A DNA stretch of 64,000 nucleotides. Source: Vermamoeba vermiformis (taxonomy: Eukaryota). The stretch lies in NCBI GenBank assembly GCA_045837725.1, contig JBEWZL010000284.1, positions 1-64,000 on the forward strand. The letters run 5' to 3'. The notes below the pieces were generated by a model. That model did not search any database, was not told where the DNA came from, and saw only the letters and a list, made by a program, of their open reading frames with translations. A program made the position numbers and the translations under genes. Below, in pieces: positions 1 to 14,681 of this stretch (position 1 is its first letter; each line of letters starts with the position of its first letter).

Positions 1-877
1 TACTATTAGAGCCGCCGCTTATATATGGAAATCATGCTTTAATACCTGACGTGGCGATTACTGCGCCTGAAGAACTGACCACGATCCACTCGTTCTCCCT
101 GTCTTCGGCGATCTTTAGAGCTCAGTACAATAACGACATATCTACGTACTATCGGGCATTAAAGTCACATTGGCAACTTGATTGCTATCCACTAAAGGCC
201 ACAGAATCTGACCGTCTAGCACGGGCACTTCAAAGACCGGAATAGCCAAACTTGCTACGGTGACTTCGTCATTGACACGGTAGACTAAAAACCCAGGTTC
301 ATCTAAATATTCAACGGTCAGTATCAATAAGGATCAGATAAGCCATTTAGTTGACGGAGCAATTGTTTCACTTTGAAGATCCGATCTTACAAAAAGTTGT
401 GGAAATTACGATTACTGCCACCGCCCCGTTTTTCTCCGCTTCAAAAGCGTCCTTTTCTGCTGGTAAATTCGAGTTCATGATGTATATTAAGCCATTCGCT
501 TCATTAAAATTTGTCGTGGTGGCAAGTGTCACTGCTTCCGCTAACGGAAGGTTGGATTACCTAACGTACATTAAAGATTATTAATATACAATCTAATACA
601 CTTATTACTTGTATTTGTTTAGCGAGAAGTGGATTTTGGGTTATTTCTTTTTCAGATGCGTTTTATTCGAACTGATTTGAAATCTCTTTATAGATCCATA
701 ATATCATTGGAAAATACTGCAATTATACTTACCGCGATAAATAATCTGAATTGCGTCGATTTCGTATTTGGTTCCGTTGACACTCTGTACAATTAATATC
801 GCTTCAGCGCCTATTATATGGCATAGGACATATATAAATACGCTAAAGTAAGATAGGTTCCCAACGGAAAAATGCAT
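1..877 (-). CDS. PA-domain + 7TM receptor-like protein, paralog 1 (5' part; continues off the left edge)
   Basis: ATG at 877 begins MHFSVGNLSYFSVFIYVLCHIIGAEA (signal peptide), then ILIVQSVNGTKYEIDAIQIIYR. Later exons give AEKNGAVAVIVIS and IPVFEVPVLDGQILW (PA-domain-like), then EWIVVSSSG. Exon structure matches paralogs 2-5. Confidence 0.8.
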
Positions 878-1216
878 TTTTGCGTCGGCTGAAATTTGTA
901 AATAAGCGTTGCAACGATCTGCTCGCTACTAGTAGTAGTTCTTAAGGATTGTGGTTTAGAGCCGAAAATAAGTTGAGTACTACCTCAACCGGTGAACCTT
1001 GGAGTCTTTTGGACCATGGATGTCAACCGGTGACATCTCAAGTCCTGTTGTGATTCGAACATTTAAAAAAATTTTTACGCGGTTTTCTAAAGCCACTGTT
1101 TTGCGCTTAAAGATCAAATCCAAACATCGGCACTTGACTCTGACTCCTGGGTTAGGGTAATAGAAATTTAACTTATTTTACATTTACTAGCTTGATCCGT
1201 ATCACAAATTACATTA

Positions 1217-3290
1217 TTATACAACGGTTGATGGAGGCTCGGCATTGGTATTAGTGTTCGTATTAGTGTTTATCGAGTCTCGCTTATTCGACGATCGATG
1301 CGAGTTAGTCTTTGAGGACTTAACAGAAGGTATTTCAAAGGCCAAAATATTCATCATCGATGCCGCATTGAACACGGAAATATACAGCGTCCAAATAACA
1401 ATATGACCTAATGATGCCGTTAATATTAAGAAGACGACAGTCGCGAAGCAATAAGGTGCTTATGAGGACTTACCGATTGGTCTGTAGGGCAGGCCAGTAA
1501 TGAAAAACACGGCCATTAGCGTGAACAGCAATAAAAAGCTGCCGCCAACTAGAATTTTTGTGGTAGCCTAATACAAGTAATTAAGTAAAGACTGATATTA
1601 TCTATCTTATTTGACGTACTCTGTTCAATCTGACGTTTCTGCCAGACTCTCGGCTCTCTTTCAATCGCTTCAACACTCTGACACCTGTCACCATGTAAAA
1701 GATGAACAGTGCAAGTACGACGACAAGGTACACGACAGCTATATGATTGTATTAGTACACATTGAAGTATTGAGTAGTAACACGCACCTGTGATAACGTT
1801 GAAGTTGAACTCGAGGTTCGTCGCGTTTCTGATAATCGTTCTGATGACTTGAAGAATGACCAACACCACTGCCAACAAAAAGAACGGAATCTTCATCTTG
1901 GTGATGAACGGATTGATCAAGACCGAGGAGTTGTTCATCATTTCGTGCCAGTACAACGTGAACAACAAGTACGATGAGATTGCAAACGGGATCGAGAGCT
2001 CCATCAGTGTTTGACCTGCCCACTCAGGGTACAGCGTGTAACCGCCTTGCGGATCAAAACACGCGAGAAGACGGACTGAATGAGCGTTAGAAAGTGCGGA
2101 GTGAAAAAAATTATTCGTGTCAAGTGTCACTTACCAAGGTTGGAAAAGAGCTCTATAGAAAGGACGTACAAGGCCATGGATGATTGAAAGCCACCGTAGT
2201 ATTGCACGTACGAGACTACTTTCCAAATCCCCAGCGCGAGATTCGTGCCCGTAAAAGCGCATAAAAATACTATAAAAGGAAATACATTAGGTGTCAAAAT
2301 CAATCAATAAAAGTATTTTTTAACGGTATTTACTTGAATCGAATATGGCACCTCCTGATTCGAGTACAAGTACCCACGGGTTATCAATCACTAAATAATA
2401 GGCATTAATTAATCATTTCATTAACGGTGCAAAAATTGAACGCAAATTGGACACGAGATACATTCGTGATTAATTAACGTGCAAAAGATTATAAAGACGT
2501 GGGATTTAGCCCTAAAGCATTATTTAACATACCGTCAGGCATTATAGTGACATTAGTAATTTGGCCACTTGTCACTAACGACCAAAGAATTCTTCCGTCT
2601 TCGAGAGGCACCTCAAAAATTGGGATCGAAATGTTTGCAGCTATTTTTTTATCGTTCATTCGATAGCCTAAGTACCCGGCATCGTCTTATAATAAAGAAT
2701 TATTATCGTATATTCAAGAAAAAGTTGTACTTACAAAACGTCGGACTGACGACAATAACGCCCTTCGCACCATTAATCTCCGCAATTGAGATATCATTTT
2801 CAACAGGTTTGCTCGATTGAATGACGTAGACGAGACCCTGAACTTGTTCAATCGATGTCGTCACCGTTGAAACAAGTGAGTCGGTGATTGGCTGGCTCGG
2901 ATTGCCTGTATAACATTGTTTAGTGCACCATAAGTTTTTTACTAAAAAGGCAATGACATCGGATCCATTGATTCAATTCGAGTATAATAAGGATGCTTAT
3001 TGGTTAAATTATCGAATAAAGTGTCAATTTAGGATAAAAAATTCGAAATTGAACCCGATCGGGAAAACTATTCCGATTCAATCGAATAGTCTCTATTAGC
3101 AATACCTCTTTATACTATCAGAGACTATTGTTATAATAACGATGTCGTTATTCTTACCTTTGTAAATAATTTGAAGCGATTTGATGTCATATTGAGAACC
3201 GTTTACAGCTTGTACTACCAGATCTGCCTTCGTGAGGGTACTATGCCATAGAACTACTATCAATGTGATACTAAGTATTGATCGGAGCAT
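1217..3290 (-). CDS. PA-domain + 7TM receptor-like protein, paralog 2 (multi-exon)
   Basis: Starts MLRSILSITLIVVLWHSTLTKA (signal peptide). PA-like exons follow, then NPW, the TM core ELSIPFAISSYLLFTLYWHEMM...KMKIPFF, and a last exon MMNILAFEIPS...PPSTVV-stop at 1217. Confidence 0.85.
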
Positions 3291-3904
3291 TTGTTTAAGT
3301 TGGGTTGTGTTTCGCGTTGTGGTTGTTTTGTGGATCTGGGTATGAAATTAGCAAAGTCACCAACCGACCTCATTTTTGGAGCCGGACGGTTTGGGAATCC
3401 AGTGGCTTAGTTATGACGCGTGACTAATATGTGTTATCTATCGTAAAACATCGCAAAGAAGTCGATTCGTATACGGGACTCGCGAGTCCCGATCTTTTCT
3501 CGTCTCGAATCTGTCAGACCGAATTGCAAGCGAGGGAAATGGCAGAGATCTCCAATAGTCATATTCTCTTTCGTTCGTACATTGAGGACTGCTAAAACGA
3601 TTATCAATTCTGCGGGGGTTAAAAAAATTGGAATATTTGAAAAAATAAAAACGACGATGTAGCGACTTTTATCTACCGTATTACTGTTAATAATAACTCA
3701 CCAATGCTATTATTTTGCGCACCACAATTTCCTAAACCTAGGAAACATTAAATAAAGTTCACCACCTTCCCGGGTATTCAAGCGTCGCTGAATGAGCTAG
3801 ACTCTTCTGTTGCCTAAGTTCGTTACATTAATAATATAATTTGTTGTTTATTGTGGCATTTGTACATTGTTGAAAAATAAAAATTTGGAACGTTACCGCT
3901 TTCG

Positions 3905-5893
3905 TTAAAGTGCGGTGGATGCGGTAGATGCAGCCGAACCCGAGCCCGTGTTACTCGCGCTGTTGCGCTTGATTGAGGTTGAACCACCAGATCTCGATGA
4001 GTGACTTGCTGGCACTTCGAAGGCAAGAATATTCATCACCGAAGCACAGTCAAAGATGACCATGAAAAGAGACCACACGATTGGAAGAGCTAAATGGAAC
4101 ATTAGACAGTGAATTAATTATATATGGCACGAAGGTGACGTACCGACTGGTTTATAAGGAGCGCCAGTGATAAACAGAATCGCTAAAAGGATAAAAAGCA
4201 ACAAGCAAGCGCCGCCAACGAGAATTCTTCGCGTGGTCTAGTACAAAAAACGTAATTAGACCAAAGCATATAAGTGACTAATAGGCGCCTTGACTCACTC
4301 TATTGAGTTGTCCTGGGTGTTTGCTCGTGTGCAGCCTCTTCAACACTTTGACACCTGTCACCGCGTAGAAGATCATCAGACCGACCAACACGGCGAGATA
4401 CACAGCGGCTACGATGTTATATTATTAGACATCGCATGGTATATAAGAGACTAGTAACTTACCTGTCACAATGTTGAAGTTGAACTCGAGTGTCGTTGCA
4501 TTTCGAATAATAGATCTGATCACTTGGAGCGCAACGAGAACGGCTGAAAGAACAAAGAACGGGATCTTCATCTTGGTGATGAATGGATGCACGACAATAG
4601 TAGCATTGGTCATCATCTCGTGCCAGTACAGTGTGAACAATATGTACGACGAGATCGCAAATGGGATCGAGAGCTCCATCAGTGTTTGAACAGCCCATTC
4701 AGGATAAAGCCCAAATGTGCCTTGATTATCCATGTATGCAATAAATCGGACTAGAATCATGCGTTAGAAGTTAAAGCAATAAATGCCTCGTTCACTGAAC
4801 GCTTACCAAGGTTTGAAAAAATTTCTATCGAGAGAACGTACAAGGCCATGGACGATCGGAAGCCGCCGTAGAATCGTACGAACAAAGTTAATTTCCAAAT
4901 AGCGAGTCCGATATTCGCCAACGCGAATAAGCAAAGAAATACTAAAAAAGGAAAAATTCAAATCTATTTTTGGCTCGGGAAAAACGTTTAACCTACCTGA
5001 GTTGAATATAATTGCTCCTGATGAGAATACTGTTGTCCAGGGGTTCACAATTTCTACAAATAAGATTATTTTAGTGCTCAAGTAACTTGGTCGGATCATA
5101 AAACCGAATCAATTTGCGATTACGTACGATTGGGCATTAAAGTAACATTCAGAATTTGATTGCCATTAAACATAGACCATAGCTTCTTGCCATCTTCCAC
5201 GGGAACTTCAAACACAGGGATTGAAATGTTTGCCGCTAACTTTTTATCGTTCATGCGATACATTAAATAGCCTGGGACGACTAGTGATGCCATTATTAGT
5301 CAATACCGTATGGAAGGAGCGAACTTACAATATATCGGCGAAATAACGACAGCTGCAACGGCTCCATTTTGCTCGGCAGATGTGATCTGTTTTTCGACAG
5401 GCAAACTGGAACGAATGATGTAAATCTTGCCTTGAACTTGATCTACAGCGTTCGTAACTACGGAGGTTAAAGAGGCTTCCATGAGCGGAGTTGGGTTGCC
5501 TGAGCGACATTAGATGTTAGTTACTTCCATATTTGGTAAACGCTTTACCGAAAGCAAATAATAATAATTACGTCGGTAATCACTAATTCACTATACAGCA
5601 TTGGAATATTGTAGAAAATTAATACCAAGTCAAGATTCTAGAGTAATTTTGTGCGTTTTTTTAAGTAAGTCAATTTAAAATTGCGTGCCGAAAAGAAATT
5701 GGGGCCGAAATGGTTGGATGTCGCTATAATTCTAGTATAGTGCTAGCTAATAATACGTACCTGAATATACTATTTGCAAAGCAGTTATGTTGTACTGAGT
5801 TCCATTGACGGCCTGTACGAGCATATCCGCTCGTACGCTGTCGGTCCAGCTTAATAGGACTAGTGCGGTTAATAAAATGATTGAACGGAGCAT
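3905..5893 (-). CDS. PA-domain + 7TM receptor-like protein, paralog 3 (multi-exon)
   Basis: ATG at 5893 begins MLRSIILLTALVLLSW. PA-like motifs SAEQNGAVAAVVISP and IPVFEVPVEDGKKLW, then NPW, the TM core ELSIPFAISSYILFTLYWHEMM, and a last exon VMNILAFEVP with a Ser-rich tail. Confidence 0.85.
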
Positions 5894-6952
5894 CAGTTGT
5901 GGTGAATGGTAGGTGCGGAAAGTTAAATTGACAATCTCGACTCAGGATTATTCTTAACGAAAAACCACGTGATTCCATTTAAGTCGAGTATTCGTTGGGG
6001 TGGTTTATCAGACTGGAAACAAGAGAATTGATTATATTATATTATGCGCAGCTTACTCAAGTATAACGAGCGATATTCTATGGCAGTCAAGTCCACGGAG
6101 GTGATGTGAGGCACTAACTTCCCAGATCTGTCAATCTCGGTATACGGCGGTTTTCTGGATCAACTCTAGCTTGCATGAACTCAAGCGCAGTAAGAGTGAT
6201 GCGAAACGCATGCATTGAACATGTCATATTGTTTGGAAGCTAATCACGCTTTCGGGTCTACACGGAACAACTAGCGGTTACGTAAAGTCGATCGAAACGT
6301 TCGAAATTTACTTACAAATTTGGTGTACTTCGCATTCATGAACAATGGGACAGGTGCATCTGTAGATCTTCAACACGGAATTTAAGTAGCGCTTGTTGCT
6401 TGAGAAACCACAGAGCAGGATAAATGAACTAATCTGGATCTCACTTGGAGGAGCGAGGAAATTTTTTTGTTGTATGAAATAAGTCATTAGTAATTATGTG
6501 CTTTTTGCTGAATAAAGCAACAAAAAGAAAAATTATGCAAATATTTTTGAATCTTATGCAAAATTGGATCAAGGCCGGGTAATTTACGAGCTTAATATGT
6601 GCCTCAATTACCATTCTAGAATATGAATTTGGCTTGAAGTGTTTTGCAAGGGCAGCCGCAGTTTTGTATTCAATGCACCGCTTGCTCTTGGATTCGAATT
6701 ACTGGTCCTGCGGTCAAACGCCTGAGCGCTTCTATGGCATGCAGCTCCTCGCAAGATTGTATATATATCAACAGTAGCTTTGCGATGAAGAGGGCTACTA
6801 ATAATAAGAAACTTGATTTGTGCACTTTTTTCTTTTGCGAACATTCGCACAATAGAATCTTCTTTGAGCTTCGCTGCACGTGTCAGCGACAATGATATCA
6901 ATGACATTCGTTATTGCGAAAGTTATTTTCTGTTTTGGATACCAAAGACACG

Positions 6953-8052
6953 ATGGCCAGTGCAATACTACCTGCATCTGAATACACGATCCGTGTAATG
7001 ACAATTGAGGATCACGCAGCAGTAAAAGAAATTGCCGCTGCAACGTGGAAAGGGCATGTACATGATTATGATTACGTAATTGATGCTTTTCCTCATTGGC
7101 TGAACACGAGCGAGGTACGTTCCGTTTAATTAAATTAAACGAAACTAATGTATATGGTAAATTGGGCCTCTAAGCCTAAATTAGCAATTAACTAATAATA
7201 GTGATATTTATGTAATAATTATTTTATTTTTAGAGCGTGCCGTTGGCTCTGCTAGATCAAGATGCGAAGGTTTTGGCTTTTACGAACGTCAGATTTATTG
7301 ACGAAGGTCAAACCGCGTGGATTGAGGGCACTAGAGTGCATCCTGATCATAGAAAGAAGAATTTAGGCGTAAGCAGAGAAGTATAAATTACACCATGCGA
7401 TCTGATGTTTAACGAAAACTGTCAGAGAATGGCGGAAAAATTGCTATTAAAGAACGCTGATTATCACTACTGCGTATTTTTGAACATGGAGCAAGCACAG
7501 AATTTTGCCTCCCTTCTCGAGATCTCGCAAGCAGATGCCGATCGAGAGTTTGAACGCGTGTCAGCCTCAGATCTGTTCGCACTGATACAAAGTCATCCTG
7601 TATTCTCTAAACACAAATATTTCGTTGCTGGATGGTCAGTTTACTTGCCACAACTGGATGCGCTACTAGCCGAAGAAAAAAAAGGTGCCGAGTTCTACGT
7701 CAACAAACGAGCAGATCCGAACCAACCCATAAGTACCTACGCTTATGGTAAACGTGTGGAGATCATTAGCTGCTCGAGAGGAGACTCTACAAGCAAATGG
7801 TATGTGATATAGATGCTTTGTAATATTGCTGCAAATGCGCTAACACGTGGGATCTGAAGGGTTATTGGCATCAGATCTATTAGCCCAGATCTGCTCTACC
7901 GAAGTATTGCCCATCATTATTACATTGCCAAAGAGAAAGACTGTGCACTTGTCGATATCAAATTCGATACGGAGTATGGCGAAGAATTTCACAAGAAGAT
8001 CCAGGCACCGATCGAGAAATTCGGAATGTACGTCTTTGAAGCGGATCTGTGA
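6953..8052 (+). CDS. GNAT acetyltransferase, NAT16/histidine N-acetyltransferase-like (multi-exon)
   Basis: YTIRVMTIEDHAAVKEI...DYVIDAFPHWL followed by DEGQTAWIEGTRVHPDHRKKNLG, which is the GNAT motif A acetyl-CoA loop. Ends YVFEADL-TGA. Confidence 0.7.
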
Positions 8053-8336
8053 CAATGACCTTTTAAAACAATATAAAATTTCATATTATAGTCGTTGTAT
8101 GGTATACAACACTTACTGCGTGCGGTTTAATTTTCGTCGGACAAATTTCAAGGAGTTTTGAACGAAAATTTTAATTTCTTTTGAAAAGGACGTAGGACAA
8201 TACGGCTCATTCATATTTATTTATTTTTAATACGATCAAACACACTTCTTGCAAAAAAACAGGTTTATGAAATCTGATCGAAGCAAGTTTCGATAGCACA
8301 GCAAAGGATCCAAAATTTCAACCTTATAATCACACC

Positions 8337-11026
8337 ATGAATACTATGAAGTCTTTAATAGAAGATTTGCCGAAGGAGATAAACGTGCAGATCTGTAAAT
8401 TACTAACTTGCCTCGAGGCATTCGATTTCGGATGCACTTCAAAAACGATGCTCAATGTCATAAAAGACAATACATTAGGCTTGGTGAGTATTTAAATAAG
8501 CGTATACGGCTAAAATTAATTGATTAGAACTAATTATTTTTTTTCATGAAGCGCTCGATGCTTTTCTCGGCCGCCCTCAATGAAGTTTATCAGCAAAATT
8601 GGTCCACTGCAAAGGTATTTATAAGATTTCAATTTCACTCGCCAAGATCGAAATAATGCGAAATTATAAAGTCGAAATTTATTAAAATTTAAAATAATTC
8701 AGGAACTCCTCTCAAAAATTATATTTCTATGGCCAAACGATTACATTGCATTAGAAGAACGTGCTTTTTGCTATTACAGCTCGAAACAAAAAGTTTGTGC
8801 ATTGTTAGAATTGCGAAGGACCGAAAAGGTAATTTTTAATTAACAAGCAAACCCTTATTAATGTCATTAAAATATTATAGACAGTGCCACCTAATTCAGG
8901 TTACCTTCATTTTATTTATTCGCGGCAGTATTGGATGAAAAAGAATTTTCCTGCCGCAGTTAGAGAAGTCGAAAAGGCGATCGAATTAAGCCCTAACGAG
9001 CCAAGATTTCGACATTTCCGAGGATTTTTAGAACGAGAGCATTCAGGAAATATTGAGGCTGAATTATCTATTTATGGTGCGTAGCAATATGAGATCTACA
9101 TCCGGACCTAAAATGGAAATTAAACTTTAATCTCATTTATTGATAAAATTACTGATTATTTATCATACAGATGACTTAATAGTTAGATTTCCTAACTACA
9201 TTCGATTGCACGTCACGTACAATAATATGGGATTTTTGAAGTATCTTAAAGAAGATCTGCCGGGCGCTATTGCCGATTACAAAAAATCAATAGAAATATG
9301 CCCTAAACATATAAGGTAATTATATATACGAATAATGCCTAAGTACTCACCTGCTTCATATTCAGAGCGTTCTATAATTTGACGCTTGCATTGACGGACG
9401 AGCGAAGATTTGACGAAGCGTTAGAAACGATTGAAGCAGCGGGATTAATTAATCCTAATCAACGCGACTCTTATCATTCACTGAAGGGCTGGTAAGCAAT
9501 CGAGAACTGAGATCTCACTTCTGCATTTAATTTTTAAAAATGGTGTCGGTACATCAGGATCTCGGATCGAATTTGCAACGTTGAAGTCAAATATGGTTTT
9601 CTTAGTTTGTATAATGCATATGTAATAATCGTATTGTTAGGGTGTTGCAACATATTGGCCGGTACGACGAAGCGAGTGAGCACTACAAACAGGCCCTCGA
9701 AGCAGATATCACGGACTTATCGACGACTACTGATGTGCACCAAGTATGGCTCTACCAGGGCCGTGCAGTGTTCATGAATCAGTTCTTGGCAGAGTCTATT
9801 AACAGAATCAATTCTGAGCTCGAAAGGTGTCGTATCACGCGACTTAAAATCGATGCAAGATTACAGTCTGAACGGTACAGAAATTTCAATTCGACGACGG
9901 ATCAATCATCGCACGATTATATTGATGCTTATATGGACGTCAATCAAGAAGAACGTGCGCTGAGAAAGGCATGGAGATTGAACAACAGGTAAGAATTCAT
10001 CTGAGGTCGTTAACTTATTCCACAAAGGCAACAATTATACCTTAATTAGATTTTACAATTATTATAACAATGTGTAGATATTTTTATTGACACGACTGTG
10101 AAAAAATCAAAACGACACTTGGACACCAAAAAATCGATATAAAATACTAATAATAAATGACAGAATAAATTAGTATTGTTTTGGCAACGAGACTAATGTG
10201 ATATTTAGATATTATGCAGAAAGTATGATTATATTGGGCAAGTTAGCAGAAGCACAAAAGATCCACCAAGAGATTAAAACGCGAATGCCGAGCAGCGACC
10301 CTGAAGAAGTCAAAGATGATTTTTATTTGGATTTTTTCTTCGAACAAATGCACGACAAAATTAATTCAATAGCGCCAAAGACATTAGAATTCGTCGTAAG
10401 ATAACAAATACCAGATGAAATTGAATTTTTTTGCATTTACCTGATTATTTTCTTTTATAGAAACTGATGGGCTTGTCCAAATTCGAAAAATTTCCGTTTA
10501 TTTTACCGCAGATCAAGGCGACTTTGCCTGGTGACGCGGATCAGGCGTATTTTATGTACAGCTATATTTATAAGATGGAAGAGCTTGGTGAACCTGCTCA
10601 ACCTGAAGACGAGCACTTATTATCGACCATGGAAAAGTGCAAACGATATTTAGAGTCTATTGAGCGGCACAAAAAGGAGTCAGGCAGATCCGATGTAAGA
10701 TCCAACAACCACCGAATGATTGAATAGAATACAGCTCGTATTAATACGAATTATAATTAGGCTACACAAGGCGCCTTTAGTATTCCTGGAGTGTTGGTTT
10801 GGCAAGCCAGAAAAATGTGGAGTAACGTACGTTGGATCTAGCAACAAAAAATTTAATTAATAAGCCACGTATTAATGTATCGTTATTATTATAGGCTATA
10901 TATGATATCCCACAGCAGTTTATTAACATCGTGGTCCAATCTTACGATGCCTGCAAGACAGACACTGGTGAGGCAGATCTCGTTAAACTTCGTGATGTAT
11001 TAGCAGCGGCGATTAATGAAACATAA
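8337..11026 (+). CDS. F-box + TPR-repeat protein (multi-exon)
   Basis: N-terminal LIEDLPKEINVQICKLL...FGCTSK (F-box). TPR units include AAVREVEKAIELSPNEP, GAIADYKKSIEICPKH and GRYDEASEHYKQALEAD. Confidence 0.75.
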
Positions 11027-11455
11027 AAATTTCATTAAATACTGCAAAGATAATACCAGATCCGGGGGTAGGAGCTGCTCGGTGACCCGCATCTGATGTT
11101 TGCTCGAATTCAGCCAGAAACATTTGGTGTCACTACGCGTTCAGAGGATTGGTTAAATATGCATGTTTTATGACAACTATATTGCTACAGGTACCTACTC
11201 TGGCAGTTGAACAAGAATTCCAAGATTTCCAAATATGGCAAGTATCCTGCATGTCATAAATGTAAAACGAGGTCCCATGGTTTGGACACTTTGAAATTTA
11301 CTTTAGTCTTTTCTTTGAACGTATCAGCACCCTTCTCCAGCGATACATCAAGCTTCTCCTTCGTGGCGCGGTGATCTGGATCTGGTATGATTTAACATAG
11401 CAGATGTATCTCAGTATTAACTCGGATAATTACAGGTAGCACCCATATTTACACA

Positions 11456-13337
11456 ATGCTACGGAGAGGATATGCACAGCTTTTAATCTACTTTGGATTA
11501 ATAGCGCTCGTAACGTTTCAGATCGAAGCGACGATAGTAGTGCAACTGAATAACGGCACGCAAGTAGAGATAGAAAGCGTAGAAATTATTTATATAGGTA
11601 TGTTATTATTTTAATTACAATAGAAGAGTTAAATACGATGCAAGTCTTCGGTCGCGACGTTTGTAAAATCAAGTATAAAAACATAAATAGGGCTATGAAA
11701 TAATTTTATATATCTTTATTCATAGGATCATCGATATCCGATAATTAATTATTCATTAGGAACCTCGAAGGAACTTTTGGCGGAACCGATCTCGCTTGAA
11801 GTTACATCAGATACGACTCAGGTTACCGATCGAATATATGTTATTAAAAGTCCTTTGGCTATTGATGAAATAGCGTTTCAAGTTCAGCAATCAGGAGCCA
11901 GAGCCGTTATTTACATTTCGCCGCTTTATTGTAAGTCTCTTATAGACCTTTTAAGCCTAATTATTAATGACCTTATTTATTATAGATGTTGGAGGCTATT
12001 TAAGAAGTCGAATCAATGATAGACAAGCTGTCCGCGAGATCAAGATCCCAGTTTTTGAAGTGCCAATTATAGATGGTCAAAAACTATGGTCATTTGTTCA
12101 AAATAATCAAATCGTAAATGCTACTATTCTTCCTACTGGTAAGTCCGAGAGTTAGCCTCCAAAACGTTAAATGTCATTTTTTTGATCTGGTCAACTCTAC
12201 AGGCAATGAGAATCCTTGGGACGAAGTGTTTAGTAGTCCTGCATACTATTTATGGCCGAGTACGTTGCCTATTAAACCTTTTATATCAAACTAACGGTAT
12301 CGATAGTCTCCTTAGGTCTATTTTGTATCGCGAACTTGGTACTTTGCTTATGGAAAATGTCAATTTTTCTGCGACACTACGGAGGATTTAGAGCCTCAGT
12401 ATCTCTCGTGGTACTTTCTATAGAGCTCATATCGAATCTAAGTAAGTCTTATGGATGTACCCTTTGATTCACACGTACCCAAAATGTTTATTGTGATTTT
12501 TCCAGTTAGGTTAGCTGCCTTCGTTGACCCCTTTGGAACGTTTGGCTTGTACACAGAACAAGCATACGCTGCACTACTCGAGCTCTCGTGGCCCTTCTCG
12601 ATAGCCTCGTACTTACTGTTCACGCTGTATTGGCACGAAATGATGACCAGTTCAACGGTGGTCGTGCATCCGTTCATGGTGAAGATGAAAATTCCGTTCT
12701 TCGTGCTCAGTGCATTCCTAGTATGCTTGCAAATAACGCGTACTATCATCAGAAACACTTCACCATTTGATAGCTTTACCACGGTCACGGGTATGTGGAT
12801 TCTCATTTTGACATTCATCGTTCTAACTTTAAATGTAGCATCTGTCTATTTGGTCGTAATAACTGGACTATTAGTCTTCTATGGAATTACTGGCACAAAA
12901 TTATTGATCAGACTGAACAAAAGCAAAAATCTTGGTCGTGCCGTCAATTTACGAAAGGTTCGTAAGAAGGTTTATTACTGTTATTCAAATATTGAATTGA
13001 CCTTTATATTTTAGAGTACCATTCGTATTCTTATTTGTGGCGGTATGCTTGTAGGATTCGTTATCGTGGTCATTCTTTTCGTCGCTAAAATTGCGTACAA
13101 AACTCCGCTCGGTAAGTTACAGGCGTTTGATTAGGCTCCCTAGCTAATTTTTAAACAGCATTTGTACTCGTATGGTATTTTCTGCAATTGTTATTAAATG
13201 CCATCTCTATTATGGCGATCTTAGCATTTGAATTGCCCTCGAAACATTCGTCGGCTTCGGGATCAAGTAGAACTAACACCAGTTTGCACGAACGAAAAAA
13301 CAGTATTACTACTTCAAGTGTTAGACCTGATAATTAA
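11456..13337 (+). CDS. PA-domain + 7TM receptor-like protein, paralog 4 (multi-exon)
   Basis: Hand-spliced in frame from start to stop. Signal peptide MLRRGYAQLLIYFGLIALVTFQIEA, then PA-like VQQSGARAVIYIS...IKIPVFEVPIIDGQKLW, ENPW, seven hydrophobic segments and a Ser/Thr-rich tail. Confidence 0.85.
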
Positions 13338-13495
13338 TGTAAATACGTTCAAAAAATAAAATTCAGAAAATTTAGTATTATTCAATTCCGATTCTGAAAT
13401 CTCATAAATACAATTAATAATAATTTTGTTGTTTATGTAGGTAAATTATGAAAAAATTAAATAGACTGGAATAGAAAAGAATTGCAGATCTGCTG

Positions 13496-14681
13496 TTACA
13501 AAGTGTAGCCCTTGCTAGCGAGCATTTCGACCGATTTGTCCCATAACTTCAATGCATTAGGAAGACTATCAGCTTGCTTAGTAATAGTCACCACTTTGTT
13601 CGTGTCCCAGTACTGGCCCGTTCTCAAATCCGTTGGCGCTGCCATCGCGACATTGACCGTAGGTTTAGCAGCTAAACATAAGAATAAGCATGAATAAATA
13701 CGTCTCCTATGATATTGGTTTGACTTACCTTCAGTAGGAGAGATAAAAAAGAGCTTGTAAACCAGATTCATAATCGGTCGCATAGCGGGAGAGCCTTCCC
13801 GACCCAGCTCCGTTTTAACAGCGCCTGGATGCATCGTAGCAATAGTAATATTGTTGATGCCTACATTAGAGGTCTTTAATATTCAAATTTCTGTCGTAGT
13901 AAGTGTTTTGTAGCGTACCTTGTTCTTCGAGTTTTTTTCGTAGGGCGATCGAGAACCACAAATTGCAGAGCTTGCTGCTGCCGTAGAGCTTCAATGAAGT
14001 AATGGTCCATAAACTCTTCTCTTTCTCAACTTTAACGGGTATTTCATCCACAGCGCTCGGATGTGCGACTGCAATTAAACAGTTAAATTAATTTTGCCTT
14101 ATAAGGAAAGTCTCGTGACAATTAAAGAAACGTACATTTGTATGCGTTGCTACCAATGTTAATAATACGTGCTGTGCTTGGACTGCGCTTTAATGCGCCG
14201 AGCAAGCGATCTGCAAGATTAGATCGCGATTAGAGGTTTTCCAATTTACCTTAGTCGCCTTTACTTACTAGTAAGCAAAAAGTGGCCCAAGTAGTTCACT
14301 TGGAACATTTTTTCAAAGCCATCGCCGGTCTTCTCAAGTTTTGAGGCGAACTAGAAGTCTTAAGAAAAATAATTCAAATCTTAAGTTGTAAATACTTACC
14401 ACACCAGCATTGTTGATTAATACGTCCAAGTGCTTGTGCTTTGCATTGAAATTTTCGGCGAATTTGTTGACGGACTCCAAGTTAGAGAGATCGAGCTGAA
14501 TAAATTCAAGTCGCTCGTGGCCTTCGCTACCGCAGATGGTCTTAATAGCCTCTTGAGCTTTCTTCTCGTCTCTGCAAGCGATGACAACGTGGCAGTGGTG
14601 ATCCTTCCACAAAGATGTTGCTGTCGCGAGGCCTAATCCGCAGTTAGAGCCAGTGACGATGGCGACTTTAGAGTTCTGCAT
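13496..14681 (-). CDS. Short-chain dehydrogenase/reductase, retinol-dehydrogenase/WWOX-like (multi-exon)
   Basis: Contains VAIVTGSNCGLG (TGxxxGxG), LDLS, LINNAG, catalytic YGSSK and HPGAVKT. Confidence 0.9.

Noticed and set aside
972-1040. Short hairpins and duplicated tcaaccggtga upstream of paralog 1 (possible ncRNA)
   Set aside because: The stems are only 6-7 bp, with no tRNA or snoRNA features.
1149-1160. Telomere-like GGGTTAGGGT (also near 27150)
   Set aside because: Fewer than two full units, which is compatible with chance.
6050-6900. Possible decayed gene between PA-7TM paralog 3 and the GNAT
   Set aside because: It has short ORFs in several frames and a donor-like site, but no recognisable homology or consistent model.
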